Source: a virus
Taxonomy: Duplodnaviria; Caudoviricetes
Direction: 5' to 3' (one strand)
DNA length: 64,000 nt
Virus record (IMG/VR): IMGVR_UViG_3300038828_000048
Location: 1-64,000 of that record
Position numbers and translations under genes: made by a program. Shown here piece after piece: positions 28,218-38,677 of this stretch (within the stretch, counting starts at the first letter, position 1; each line of letters starts with the position of its first letter). The notes beneath the pieces were generated by a model. It ran no database searches. It was given only the letters and a program-made list of their open reading frames with translations, and was not told the DNA's origin.

Positions 28218-29411
28218 ACCATAACAAAGATTCATTATTATCTTAATTGCATAGTTCAATTCATAGTGTGTATCTTTTTTAAAGATATTATTTCGCTCAT
28301 GAAACCAAGTTTCAACTAATTGTTTTCCTAATAATCCTTCGATTAAATGTTTGGGTTCAAAACCAAATATATAAATTAAATGGGGATAATAACTCCCGTA
28401 ATCAAAATCTCTAATTACATATTCATCATCTGATTTATATATTCCAGATGGTACAATTCCATGAATACCACCAACACCTATAGTAGTAGTTAACCCATTA
28501 TCATAAGTAATGGTTTTAGAAATAGCACCATCAAATTTAATAAGATTACCTTGTTTTTTAGGATCTATTTCTAGTTTGGTATTTAAGTAAAAACTATATA
28601 AATCTTTGTTTATATCTAGTTCAAAATCAAAGATATTACCATACTTTTCTGGAAACTTCTTAGGAATTAATACATCAGCTATAGATATTTCTTTATAATA
28701 AGTTCTTAATTTACTAAATTCATAAGGTGTAAGATTCATTTTTTTACCTAATACCTTTCCTAAAACTGCTTTAGCAAATTGCACTTCGGTAGTATTAACC
28801 AAAGTTAATCCAAAACCAAAAGTTTTACCAAATTCTTGACGATATTTGATCAAAGGTTTAGTAATATTAAAATGTTTAAATGTTTTTTTACAGTCATTTT
28901 TACAATACTCAATGATTTTATCTATATTAGGACGAGTATTTACTTTACTATCATGTTTTAATGGTAAATCTTCTACATCACTTTCTCTAAAATTAAATCC
29001 TAACATTTTTAAGCTAGTAGTTTTAGCTGATCCTATACCATAATTATTAATTTTCATAGTATCTATACCCAATCTTATATATTTAGGGTATATTTCATTA
29101 TCTTTAAATAAATTCCATTTAGATTTAATAATCTGATTTGCTATATTTTTATAATCAATTACAGATGCTTTCGGATGTTTAATAATATAATATAATAATT
29201 GATCATCGAACGAATAACTATTATACCCTATTAATACTAGTTTTCCAGAATTTGAAGTAATAAACTCTAATAATTCTTTTCTCTGATCTATACCTTTATT
29301 ATCTTTTAATTCAGAATACTCAAATACGAGATATTCATCATCAACAATCGAATAAAATACTATAATCAAAAGATTATTAAATATTTCGATATCGTATATA
29401 TATAATTTCAT
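28218..29411 (-). CDS. polB: Family B DNA polymerase, exon 1 (exonuclease plus motifs A and B)
   Basis: YDIE, GYNSYSFDD, YCKND, DFDYGSYYP and KIIMNLCYG motifs. Confidence 0.9.
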
Positions 29412-29413
29412 AT

Positions 29414-29746
29414 TTATAACGAATTATGCATTAAAAATTTTATTAAAAGTTCTCTACCAATATTGAAAGTACTTAAATTTCCAAGATATTGTACAATAGG
29501 AGATGAATTTTTTAAAAGAATAACTCGTTCTATATTAATATTTTGATATTTTTTTGGTAAAATTTTATAAGAAAAATGAGTTATCGTTGCTATATAACTT
29601 ACATGTTTTGTTCCATTATAATAAGCAATATGGTTTATTATATATGCTAGCTCAACACCATCACCTAATAATTTAATACTTAATTTATGCACTCTATCAA
29701 AAGAATCATGCTCAATCTTACCTTTATCTTTTAATTTACTCATCAT
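29414..29746 (-). CDS. Hypothetical protein
   Basis: 110 aa ORF. Confidence 0.6.
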   Translation of the reverse strand: MMSKLKDKGKIEHDSFDRVHKLSIKLLGDGVELAYIINHIAYYNGTKHVSYIATITHFSYKILPKKYQNINIERVILLKNSSPIVQYLGNLSTFNIGRELLIKFLMHNSL

Positions 29747-29849
29747 ATAATAATCTGGTTTAAAAAAAAGAGAGAGTGGTTTCCCACTCCCTATAAAAAA
29801 CTGAACTGAACATCTCTTTCAGTTCTACTACACAAAATCTACCACACTA

Positions 29850-30347
29850 TTAATTTTCAATATGGTCTTCGTTTAAAACAAGATCTCCTTCTAATACATC
29901 ATCCGAAATATCATCTGTAACATTATTCTGATCTACATCTTCTACTGAATCTGACAATACTATGTCCGATGATAATTTTTGATTTTTAAAACTTATCGAA
30001 GATATATATCTTTTATACACTTGATCTAATAGATTAAATTGTTCTGTGGAAAACTGTTCTTCTAATGCCCATATTGATATTCCATCTTCTCCAGTTGCAA
30101 TTTTTAACCCAAATGTACTTAATAATTTTTGAATTATTAAGAATCTTTCATTATCAGTTAATTTAACCAAACTATTAAACGATAATGCAGTAAGTCCTGT
30201 ATTAGAATTTACAAATCTTTTAATATCAAAAGGATAAACGGGAACTTGAATCTTTAAATCAAATAGAAAACTATTAATTCTCTGCCAATCTTCTTTACTA
30301 GCAGTAATTATTCTTTTTTCTACTACTTTTTCTGTTTGCGGTGTCAT
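29850..30347 (-). CDS. Hypothetical protein with acidic tail
   Basis: 165 aa ORF. Confidence 0.7.
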   Translation of the reverse strand: MTPQTEKVVEKRIITASKEDWQRINSFLFDLKIQVPVYPFDIKRFVNSNTGLTALSFNSLVKLTDNERFLIIQKLLSTFGLKIATGEDGISIWALEEQFSTEQFNLLDQVYKRYISSISFKNQKLSSDIVLSDSVEDVDQNNVTDDISDDVLEGDLVLNEDHIEN

Positions 30348-30555
30348 AATAAAATTATTTTAGTGATTATGGATTACTATTTAATTAAAAGTATAATTAT
30401 AATTACATCATTCGAGATAATAAATAAAATATGATAATTATATCTTTATATCTTTATTTATTATTTGTGATTTAGATTTTTCATCACATTAACGAACCAA
30501 CTTCATCTCTTTAATTAATTTATATTAACTTAGAGATGAAGTATTTAAAAACAAA

Positions 30556-30954
30556 CTATTGGTTTTGGTTATTAGTCAAATTATTATTTGCTGTGTTTAT
30601 TGCAGCAGTACCCAATAATTCTGCTTTGAAGGAGTTTCTAATTCCTTCTATTGTAGTAGAACTATAAAATTTTTGATGATCCTTTATAAGGATATATAAT
30701 TTACTATCTTTAATATATTTTATCTCCCACATAATCTTAATAGATTTTATATGGGTTTCCCATCTCAAATCTTGCTTGGGTTTTATAAAACTGCTGGATG
30801 CTTTTACTGCTTTTTCTTCATCGTTTAATTCTACAGTATATTTACCATCAGAATTAACTGTGATTGATTGTGTATAAGCAGGAACGCTTATACTTATAAA
30901 AAATGCTAGTAATACTAGAGAAAAAAATGATTTAAAAGAAAAATGACGTTTCAT
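30556..30954 (-). CDS. Hypothetical exported protein
   Basis: N-terminal signal-peptide-like sequence. Confidence 0.65.
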   Translation of the reverse strand: MKRHFSFKSFFSLVLLAFFISISVPAYTQSITVNSDGKYTVELNDEEKAVKASSSFIKPKQDLRWETHIKSIKIMWEIKYIKDSKLYILIKDHQKFYSSTTIEGIRNSFKAELLGTAAINTANNNLTNNQNQ

Positions 30955-31018
30955 GTTTTTTGATTTTTGATTTTTGATTTTTAATTAATATAGAGAAAAA
31001 GAAAAAAAAAAGAGGAAA

Positions 31019-31165
31019 TTATTTATTAGATATAGATATACCATAAGTATATCCTAACCAATAAAATATAAAGAATAATATAATAATATAAGTTAGGATA
31101 AAAGGAATCCATTGTTTTTTTAATTCCACATTGGTATCTGGAACTTTTCTTCTAATAAGAGTCAT
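31019..31165 (-). CDS. Small single-TM protein (48 aa, below the track cutoff)
   Basis: MTLIRRKVPDTNVELKKQWIPFILTYIIILFFIFYWLGY... Confidence 0.5.
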   Translation of the reverse strand: MTLIRRKVPDTNVELKKQWIPFILTYIIILFFIFYWLGYTYGISISNK

Positions 31166-31198
31166 AAAATTGTTTAATAATGATTAAAAAAAAAAGAA

Positions 31199-31374
31199 AA
31201 CTATTGTATTTGTTTATAAGTTCTTTTTATTATAGTGGATCTCACCACCCATTCTTTAGGATATTCAATCTTTAGAACAAAGCATACGAGTTTCTAACCT
31301 AACATATAATAAATAAACAACCTGGAATTAACTAATGAAGGGTTCCAGAACTTTCTCCTTTCTATACAATAGTT
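31199..31374 (-). ncRNA. Candidate structured ncRNA, about 175 nt
   Basis: Perfect 11-bp closing stem enclosing nested helices, followed by a U-tract on the minus strand; non-coding. Confidence 0.45.
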
Positions 31375-31433
31375 ATAAATAATAAAAATGTCTAATTGCT
31401 TATGGGTTTACAATTAATCTTTTAAATATATTT

Positions 31434-31838
31434 CTATATTTTCTTTTTAATTCCAGATGTGATTGGTGGAAATAATCGATGTTGTAAGTCAACAAGGTAT
31501 TCATACATATCTTGAATCTTTTGAAAATTATCCTTAGCACCTTGTAAATTCACTTCAGCTTGTAAATATTCGGTTCTAGCATTAACTATACTTTGAACCA
31601 ATATTTCGGGTGAGCTACTAATCAATATAGATTTCTCTTTATTAAAAGCAGCTTCCAATGCAGCTTCACAAGATAATACAACACCATTTCTCGTAATCAA
31701 TTGGAGTTCTAATGAATTTAATCCTGCCTTAAAATGAGCTTCTGCTGTTTTAACATATTGATCCAAATTTTCTTCTTTGAGTTTAGTTTCTGGTTGACTT
31801 ATCAACTCCCGATAAGTGAGGACTTTTACTTCTGACAT
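31434..31838 (-). CDS. Hypothetical coiled-coil protein
   Basis: 134 aa ORF. Confidence 0.7.
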   Translation of the reverse strand: MSEVKVLTYRELISQPETKLKEENLDQYVKTAEAHFKAGLNSLELQLITRNGVVLSCEAALEAAFNKEKSILISSSPEILVQSIVNARTEYLQAEVNLQGAKDNFQKIQDMYEYLVDLQHRLFPPITSGIKKKI

Positions 31839-31895
31839 ACCTTTTATGTTTAAATTTAAATATTAAATAATTATATAATAATGATTGCAAAAATA

Positions 31896-32585
31896 CTAAA
31901 TCTTAAGATTAATTTTTGGAATATTAATCTGTATATTTGGAATAACTTTTATACAAGATGTACTTTGTGGTATAATTATAGGAATAATATTACCAACATC
32001 AAATGATACATTTGTTTCAGGTATAGTTAGAAATGGTACATTAATATTTACATCACTAGAATTTACATTTTTATTAGAATCTAATATAGGTAATCCAACA
32101 TCTAATTTCAAATCTAAATCTTTAAGTACATATTTTCTAAATTGATCTAAAGAGATTTCTATACCATATACTTCTAATGTCCAATAACCCCAACCTAAAT
32201 CATACACACTTTCAGAAGTTATATATCCATTATTTAAAGATAATTCTCTCAAATGTTTAAATACAGCATACGATTCTGGTGTTACTTTTAAGCACCATTT
32301 TTCAGGTAATATAGAATCAAAATCATCATGTGTAATTTTCGGTATTAAAATTTTATCAGGATGATTGTCTGGAAGATACTCATCAATTTCTAATAAATCG
32401 GTTATTTCTGTTAAACCCGACGATGGTATTCTCCAATAAAATATTTCGTTAAAACATTGATATCCATCATCAAAATTAATTCTTTCATTATAATAGATAT
32501 AATCATACTTGTTCATTACTGCTTTACAAGCTATCTGGTTATTATTACTAAAACCTTTATACCATTTACCAATTTCTATTTCCAT
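31896..32585 (-). CDS. Hypothetical protein (EIDEYLPDNHPDK and LPEKWCLKVT modules)
   Basis: 229 aa ORF. Confidence 0.7.
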   Translation of the reverse strand: MEIEIGKWYKGFSNNNQIACKAVMNKYDYIYYNERINFDDGYQCFNEIFYWRIPSSGLTEITDLLEIDEYLPDNHPDKILIPKITHDDFDSILPEKWCLKVTPESYAVFKHLRELSLNNGYITSESVYDLGWGYWTLEVYGIEISLDQFRKYVLKDLDLKLDVGLPILDSNKNVNSSDVNINVPFLTIPETNVSFDVGNIIPIIIPQSTSCIKVIPNIQINIPKINLKI

Positions 32586-32596
32586 ACTCGAATTAT

Positions 32597-33076
32597 TTAA
32601 TCTATTTTAGTTAATAATTTTTGATGTATTATTTTTATGTCACCATTGGATTTATAAACAGAATATTTATCATTTCCTTCATATTTTTTAATAGTACCTG
32701 TCCAATTTTCCCAAGGTTGTTCTAACTCTACAACATAAACCATATCGTTTGATTTAAATAGCAGTGATGATGTACGACAAGTTTGATTTTTTACAATGTT
32801 TTCTATCTCATTTGCTCCATTTTCATCTTTGTATATTTCAGATATTATTTTAGATGTAAGTAAGTTTAAAGCTACTATTCCAGATAAAGATAATAATGAA
32901 ATAACAGTACTAATATTTCTCTCTACTATAGATATATATCCTGGTTGCTCCTTATCTTCATTCTTATCTAATAATCTTTTAAACATAACCACATAATTAC
33001 CATCTTCTTTTTGATAAATTATAGCTCTTTTATTCTTTTCTTTTATTTGATATGAATATGGATGTTTATTCACCAT
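32597..33076 (-). CDS. Hypothetical protein
   Basis: 159 aa ORF. Confidence 0.7.
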   Translation of the reverse strand: MVNKHPYSYQIKEKNKRAIIYQKEDGNYVVMFKRLLDKNEDKEQPGYISIVERNISTVISLLSLSGIVALNLLTSKIISEIYKDENGANEIENIVKNQTCRTSSLLFKSNDMVYVVELEQPWENWTGTIKKYEGNDKYSVYKSNGDIKIIHQKLLTKID

Positions 33077-33112
33077 AATGATATTATTTAATTGTTTAAA
33101 AAAATATTAATC

Positions 33113-33156
33113 AAAAAAAAAACTGAATGATGAATAATTAAATTCACCATCCAGTT
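33113..33156 (-). terminator. Intrinsic terminator
   Basis: Imperfect stem AACTGAATGATGAAT/ATTCACCATCCAGTT next to A10. Confidence 0.55.
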
Positions 33157-33322
33157 AACCTACTATGCCCACCAAACTAGGTTTTGTTATGATAGCATTT
33201 TTTCTAATTCTTCTATTGAAAGATTAGATAATACATCATCTTTTTTACTTTAAATAATACCCTAAATCTATTTTGTTTGGGGATATTAGAAATATTGATG
33301 GTTTTGTTTATAGGCAACATTT

Positions 33323-34537
33323 TTATGTAGTTTTTATTCCTAAATTTAAATGCTTTTTAATAAAATCTATAACTATAGACGAAGAAGTGTTACTATTAAA
33401 CAATATATTAGCTCCATGTTTATCTAAATAAACAGCTCTAATTAAACCATCTTCATAAGTATCCATATTAGAAACAGTATTAATACCACACTCTAAAGAA
33501 CCACATTGAAACATTTTTTGTGGTGTAGTTTTAATAGTACCTTCAAGTTTTAAAGGGTTATGTGTATGAATAATACAATCATATCCTGGATTTTCTTTAA
33601 ATATCATCCATTGAGATCTAGCACCAACAGATGCTTTTTTATCTCCTACAACTGTAAACTTATCATCTTTAACTATAACTAAAGACATACCATTTTTAAA
33701 AACTTCATTATGGTTAGCCTTTCTTTGTGAAGAAACAAAAGTAGTTTCAGAAGTTTTATAACAAAAATGTCCAGGAGTAAATCCGTTCCCATTATTTTCC
33801 ATAAAACCCCGATTATCAACTAAAAATTGAATAACTTCTTGAAAAGATTTAGGAGCTTTTTGCATAAGAACATTTTCAGAAGTTTTTATAAAATTAGTTG
33901 GATTATAGTTTCCTTGACTTCTTGCAATAGTCATTTCTACTAATTCTTTTAAAGTTTCTTCTCTCGTTGATTGTTTATAAATAGTTTCTTCAGCTGTAAT
34001 AATAAAATTATTTCGAGTTATTGTATCATTACAAAACAATAAGTTGCATTTTACTGATTTCATCATTTTTAATCCTATAGAAAACTGTTCTTCTTCAGTT
34101 TTATTTGTAGTAGTTTTAAACCCGACTAAAAATATATCAGGTCTTTGTTTTCTAATTTTACTTATGATTTTGTCTGTAGGAGTTAATTCTAATGAAATAT
34201 TACCATTAGATGTTAATAATCTTTCTGCATGACTATTATTTTCTATGTTATCAATAGGTAAAGATGTATAATCACAAAAAGCTACATTTAAAATGATAGT
34301 TCCAACCTCTTCATTTAATAATAACTTATCAATTAATTTCTCTACGTCTTCATTCGTAATTAAATTAGAAGTATTTTCAGCCATTTTAGTTAAATATGAT
34401 TCATATATAACTTTATTTTTTTTATATATTTCAGTTATTTGTCTAGCAGTATTGCCAAAAGCAGGCGCTGCTAATGATAAATGATTTCTTATAGGTTGAA
34501 ATGTTCCTCCACCTAATATAATTGTTTTTCTAATCAT
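33323..34537 (-). CDS. CoaB/DFP-like domain fused to a class II aldolase-like domain
   Basis: ILGGGT..PIR, NVAFCDY, LVGFK and CND in the N-terminal half; IIHTH and DKHG in the C-terminal half. Confidence 0.65.
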   Translation of the reverse strand: MIRKTIILGGGTFQPIRNHLSLAAPAFGNTARQITEIYKKNKVIYESYLTKMAENTSNLITNEDVEKLIDKLLLNEEVGTIILNVAFCDYTSLPIDNIENNSHAERLLTSNGNISLELTPTDKIISKIRKQRPDIFLVGFKTTTNKTEEEQFSIGLKMMKSVKCNLLFCNDTITRNNFIITAEETIYKQSTREETLKELVEMTIARSQGNYNPTNFIKTSENVLMQKAPKSFQEVIQFLVDNRGFMENNGNGFTPGHFCYKTSETTFVSSQRKANHNEVFKNGMSLVIVKDDKFTVVGDKKASVGARSQWMIFKENPGYDCIIHTHNPLKLEGTIKTTPQKMFQCGSLECGINTVSNMDTYEDGLIRAVYLDKHGANILFNSNTSSSIVIDFIKKHLNLGIKTT

Positions 34538-34652
34538 GTTTTTATTTTTAATTAAAAAAAAGGATAGAAACTTTAATACTATAAAGTATTTGTTTCTATC
34601 CATTCTAAAACAGTAAAACAGTAAAATATATATATAAGAATAGAAAAGTAAT

Positions 34653-34844
34653 TTAATTATGATATCTTAGAAACTGTCTAGTATCATTACCTAACCTTCT
34701 TGTTTCTATTATTGCAAAAACCATTATACCACCTTGAGTATAATCTTTTACTTTGATTTGTTCTCTTTTAACTACAACAGCTATTTCTGCTTGTTCTTGA
34801 GATTGTGTTTTTTGATAAGAATGTGCTCTTTCTACTTTTGACAT
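34653..34844 (-). CDS. Hypothetical small protein
   Basis: 63 aa ORF. Confidence 0.45.
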   Translation of the reverse strand: MSKVERAHSYQKTQSQEQAEIAVVVKREQIKVKDYTQGGIMVFAIIETRRLGNDTRQFLRYHN

Positions 34845-34881
34845 TGGATGTTATATTTAATAAGTTAATAAATTAATAAGT

Positions 34882-35424
34882 TTATTCTTTATCGACAGGT
34901 TTATCATGCAAACGATATTTCCAAATATTATTGATAGAATCTTGAATTTCTTCAATCATACATTTTGATGAACCAATAAGTTTTCTATTATCAGAAAATC
35001 CTTTTACTGACCCTAAAGATCTTATATAATGAGTGGATAAAGTATATATATTTTCTTGAAATTCATTCAACGCTTCTTCAGAAGAAATATTATTACTTAC
35101 AATCAAGATTATAGATTGTGAATCGTTTTTATCAACTAATTTCTTTAATCTTAATAATTTAGGATCAAGATTAATAGGGAGATAAATCTCTTTAATATAT
35201 TTAGAAGTAAAACACCATCTTGCAAATAAAAGCATAGTTATTGCAATTATCAGTGCTAAAATTAAAGTTCTTACAACACCAAATGTTATAGATGTTTTAT
35301 CTATTTCATACGGACAAGGTTTTGGAAAAATATATCCACATTCATAATTAGTAGTAAAGATAATTGTAAATATTACAAAACCTACTAAATAAAGAAGATG
35401 TATTGGTTTAAATATATACTTCAT
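34882..35424 (-). CDS. Hypothetical membrane protein
   Basis: Two hydrophobic helices. Confidence 0.7.
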   Translation of the reverse strand: MKYIFKPIHLLYLVGFVIFTIIFTTNYECGYIFPKPCPYEIDKTSITFGVVRTLILALIIAITMLLFARWCFTSKYIKEIYLPINLDPKLLRLKKLVDKNDSQSIILIVSNNISSEEALNEFQENIYTLSTHYIRSLGSVKGFSDNRKLIGSSKCMIEEIQDSINNIWKYRLHDKPVDKE

Positions 35425-35460
35425 AACGATTTGATTTTAATTAATAATGTTAATAAAATA

Positions 35461-35491
35461 GTATTGTGGAGATGCGAGATCTCCACAATAC
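35461..35491 (-). terminator. Hairpin, probable terminator
   Basis: Perfect 13-bp stem GTATTGTGGAGAT/ATCTCCACAATAC. Confidence 0.6.
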
Positions 35492-35525
35492 AGAAACACA
35501 ATAAAAATATAACAATGGCAAATTT

Positions 35526-36017
35526 TTAATCAGTATTATATGATTCCAACCAATTAAGCTTAGTTTTAGGATCATATACTCTTTCCACAGTATTAAATGT
35601 AGCTATTAGATAGCTAGTATCTCTACCAGCATCTATGGTCCAATTAGGACCATCATACAACATTTCACTATATTTTTCATCTTCGTTATATACTGTATTC
35701 ACAGAAATATAACCGTTTTCGATAAGGTAATTTATATCATTTTGATAACCAAGAACAGTACTATTATAAGCACTAGATTTTTCTATAAAATCATAAATTT
35801 CTTGTTTATTATCATACTTATATATTACAGTATCTACTTCAAACGAAATTTGAAGTTTATCAAGATCAATATGTGCAATATCATTACATAGATATTGATC
35901 AAATTGATTTTTACCAGATAATAATTGTGATACACCTATAGATTTAAATATAGTAGTATTTACTCCTGTACCTAAACCAAATAGATAAATTGTTAAAAAT
36001 AATAAAAACTGTTTCAT
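35526..36017 (-). CDS. Hypothetical exported protein
   Basis: Signal-peptide-like N-terminus. Confidence 0.65.
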   Translation of the reverse strand: MKQFLLFLTIYLFGLGTGVNTTIFKSIGVSQLLSGKNQFDQYLCNDIAHIDLDKLQISFEVDTVIYKYDNKQEIYDFIEKSSAYNSTVLGYQNDINYLIENGYISVNTVYNEDEKYSEMLYDGPNWTIDAGRDTSYLIATFNTVERVYDPKTKLNWLESYNTD

Positions 36018-36089
36018 TTTAGTTTGTTTTTAATGATGGATAAATAATTGATAATTAATATTTAAGATTATTTAAAGTTATATGTCTTT

Positions 36090-36290
36090 TTAAATTACTT
36101 CTTCATTATACATATAACCAAAACTGTATTCGGGAAAGTTATAATTCCTTATATTTTTATATGAATCTATTACTATGTACGGTTTTTCTAATACACAAGT
36201 ATATCCTATTTTTCCAGAATATAATTCTTCTATTCGCTTGATAATTCCTTTCCAACCATACTCAAATCCCTTACTAAGACTATTCTTCAT
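36090..36290 (-). CDS. Hypothetical small protein
   Basis: 66 aa ORF. Confidence 0.5.
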   Translation of the reverse strand: MKNSLSKGFEYGWKGIIKRIEELYSGKIGYTCVLEKPYIVIDSYKNIRNYNFPEYSFGYMYNEEVI

Positions 36291-36370
36291 AGCTGACGGA
36301 TCTTACACTAATCTATTAAACTTCTTCTATTTACAAACGTATTCAATGTTTAACGTTTTATTTTAAATAA

Positions 36371-37012
36371 TTAATCAGGAAATATTATTTGAGAGATATC
36401 TACATACTCTTCCATATACGCATGTACAATCCAATGTTGACGATTAAACAAATAATCACCATCATGTAATGCTTGTAAAGCACATAAAAAATCTTTATCA
36501 AATTTTTTCATCCACTCAGGTAACATATTAAATATATGATCATTACCTACACTAGACATTGTTAGAAGATCAAGTTTTTTAGATAGATCTTTTGGTAAAT
36601 ATCTACCAATCGCACAACCTTCAGATAGTGGATTTTTTTTCATAATCATTATTACCATATCTTTATTGCAAAGAATCAAATGATAACCATCATGCAATTG
36701 TTGTAAATCTTCTAAGAAATGCTTTCCTAGTTTTTTTAACCAATCAGGTAGTTTATAAAATATAGCATCATTATAAATAGCTGTGCTATCTATCACACCC
36801 ATATCATCCAATTTTATAGCAAGATCATCAGATATTAATCTACCAATAGCACAACCATTAGTATGATTAATTTTATTTTTACCAGGATAATATGAACACA
36901 ACCCTATATCATTAAAAGATTTTCTTTCAGGTTTACCCCAATAGTATTGTATTGTATCATTCAATAGTTCGATTTGAGTATTAAACTCCTTTAATTCTTT
37001 ATTCGTTTTCAT
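36371..37012 (-). CDS. Hypothetical protein with a tandemly duplicated GCAIGR...LQxLHDG domain
   Basis: Two alignable repeats of about 60 aa. Confidence 0.75.
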   Translation of the reverse strand: MKTNKELKEFNTQIELLNDTIQYYWGKPERKSFNDIGLCSYYPGKNKINHTNGCAIGRLISDDLAIKLDDMGVIDSTAIYNDAIFYKLPDWLKKLGKHFLEDLQQLHDGYHLILCNKDMVIMIMKKNPLSEGCAIGRYLPKDLSKKLDLLTMSSVGNDHIFNMLPEWMKKFDKDFLCALQALHDGDYLFNRQHWIVHAYMEEYVDISQIIFPD

Positions 37013-37055
37013 TGCACTTACTATTTAATATTTACTATTTACTATTTACTATTAA

Positions 37056-37093
37056 TAAAAGAGTAGTATAATATCTTTATACTATACTACTCT
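37056..37093 (-). terminator. Intrinsic terminator
   Basis: AGAGTAGTATA/TATACTACTCT stem next to an A-run. Confidence 0.55.
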
Positions 37094-37218
37094 AACTATT
37101 TGAACTTTTACAGACTAAACACTTATGTTTATTCTTCTTTTTTTATTTATTGATAATTATTTATAAGATTATCTTCTCTTACCTTATTATTAACTAATAT
37201 TAGTAGATAATAAGGATT

Positions 37219-37407
37219 TTATACAGTCGGATCTTTATTTTTACCCATAAATAATATCGTTATATAACTAAACTTATATTTATTGCTAAACATTAGTATA
37301 TACTCGATAATATTATTAGTATATGTAGAAGCAAGACTATAATCATCATCATCATAATATGGATAATCTGTACCACAACAATAACAAGTAATAATTGATG
37401 TATTCAT
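37219..37407 (-). CDS. Hypothetical small protein
   Basis: 62 aa ORF. Confidence 0.45.
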   Translation of the reverse strand: MNTSIITCYCCGTDYPYYDDDDYSLASTYTNNIIEYILMFSNKYKFSYITILFMGKNKDPTV

Positions 37408-37409
37408 TA

Positions 37410-37814
37410 TTATCTAGAATGCGTGATTGATACTAAAGATTTATATCCTAAAATATCATCTTCAGAACCTACAACAGGATCATCACCAGATAGAAAATCT
37501 GTTCTTTCAGGAAACATGCGAGCAATGATAGGATCTACTACAAAAAATATCCCAAATGTTTGTTTAGGTAATAGATTTATCAATTTATTTCTACATTCAT
37601 GAACTGGTATATCATCAATAGTAACTGTTATAAAATTAGTAACATAATCTACTTTATAACCAAGAATACTCAAACCATCTTCCAATTGATAGGTATAAGT
37701 ATCAATTACAGTTAATATACTCTCATCTTTATTAAAGATAATAATTGGTTCTCCTGTTAAAGAGAATACATGATTAGGAGTTTGTGATCCTTTTAATTCT
37801 AATTCAGTATTCAT
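37410..37814 (-). CDS. Hypothetical protein
   Basis: 134 aa ORF. Confidence 0.7.
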   Translation of the reverse strand: MNTELELKGSQTPNHVFSLTGEPIIIFNKDESILTVIDTYTYQLEDGLSILGYKVDYVTNFITVTIDDIPVHECRNKLINLLPKQTFGIFFVVDPIIARMFPERTDFLSGDDPVVGSEDDILGYKSLVSITHSR

Positions 37815-37853
37815 TATAATATATTTTATTATATTTAATTAATTAAAAATAGT

Positions 37854-37884
37854 AAAAAGGGTTGAGCATTAAACAGCTCAACCC
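37854..37884 (-). terminator. Intrinsic terminator
   Basis: GGGTTGAGC/GCTCAACCC stem next to A5. Confidence 0.7.
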
Positions 37885-37957
37885 AATTTCCAATCCCAAT
37901 TATGTAAGGACAATCGCAAGAAAGTTCAAGCATGTTGAGACAATCATCTGTATTTTA

Positions 37958-38128
37958 TTATGATTTATAAAACTTATATAAACCATTACCTAATTCAGCA
38001 CAAGATGAATAATGCTGGTTAATCATCCATTTAAGTCTGAGTTTCCAATCTTCGGATAACTCATCGAGTTTAGTTAATAGATCTACCAAATAGATCTTTT
38101 TAAGTTTAAGTTTATTATTGGTGGACAT
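37958..38128 (-). CDS. Small hypothetical protein (56 aa, below the track cutoff)
   Basis: ATG at 38128, MSTNNKLKLKKIYLVDLL..., lies between two terminators. Confidence 0.5.
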   Translation of the reverse strand: MSTNNKLKLKKIYLVDLLTKLDELSEDWKLRLKWMINQHYSSCAELGNGLYKFYKS

Positions 38129-38194
38129 AATAAATATATTTATATTAAATTAATAAATTAGTGTAAATAAGTATCTCTATCCTTATCTAATGAT

Positions 38195-38231
38195 AAAAAA
38201 AAAGGTAACACACTATTTCTAGCATGTTACC
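38195..38231 (-). terminator. Intrinsic terminator
   Basis: GGTAACA/TGTTACC stem next to A9. Confidence 0.6.
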
Positions 38232-38266
38232 AATTTCTTTAGAGCAAAAAATTCTAGGATGAGAGA

Positions 38267-38677
38267 TTAGATTGTATCATCATCATCTTGTAAAACTGGT
38301 TCTGTTGCTACCACAGGAGCACTAGAACCACTTAACCCCTTGGATACCAATCTTTTAGGAGTACCAAGCTCCTTCTCTGCACTGATTAATTCAAGCACCG
38401 AAATCTTACTAATGATTTCAGTATTCCATGCTGGAGTAGTAACTCCAGTTGTTCGATTAGTAACAGTTATTCTGTTACCATCCTTCCCCATTGCTGGGGA
38501 ATTCTTGCAAAGGTATAATGTACCTTCTACATAATTACCATTTTGGAATACAGTTCCATTGATGATGGATGAATGATATTCTCCAGCAACAACGTTACCT
38601 ACCATTGGTAAATTACCATTGGTATCTTGATCGAATGTTTCTTGGTTTCTTGGTTGTGAAAATGATGCAATGAACAT
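38267..38677 (-). CDS. Hypothetical protein, first gene of the leftward early block
   Basis: 136 aa ORF with acidic tail. Confidence 0.75.
   Translation of the reverse strand: MFIASFSQPRNQETFDQDTNGNLPMVGNVVAGEYHSSIINGTVFQNGNYVEGTLYLCKNSPAMGKDGNRITVTNRTTGVTTPAWNTEIISKISVLELISAEKELGTPKRLVSKGLSGSSAPVVATEPVLQDDDDTI

Noticed and set aside
30955-30982. (TTTTTGA)n tandem repeat, and the TTTACTA repeats near 37017-37052
   Set aside because: Low-complexity AT-rich sequence near gene starts, with no evidence of a specific function.
31199-31374. RNase P-like identity (GGAGAAAGTTCT...AGAACTTATA on the minus strand)
   Set aside because: The resemblance is superficial, the element is too short, and the conserved P4 sequence and pseudoknot are not evident.
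33187-33320. Possible small gene ending ...DDVLSNLSIEELEKMLS
   Set aside because: The coding-like tail is out of frame with the ATG at 33320; at best a remnant.
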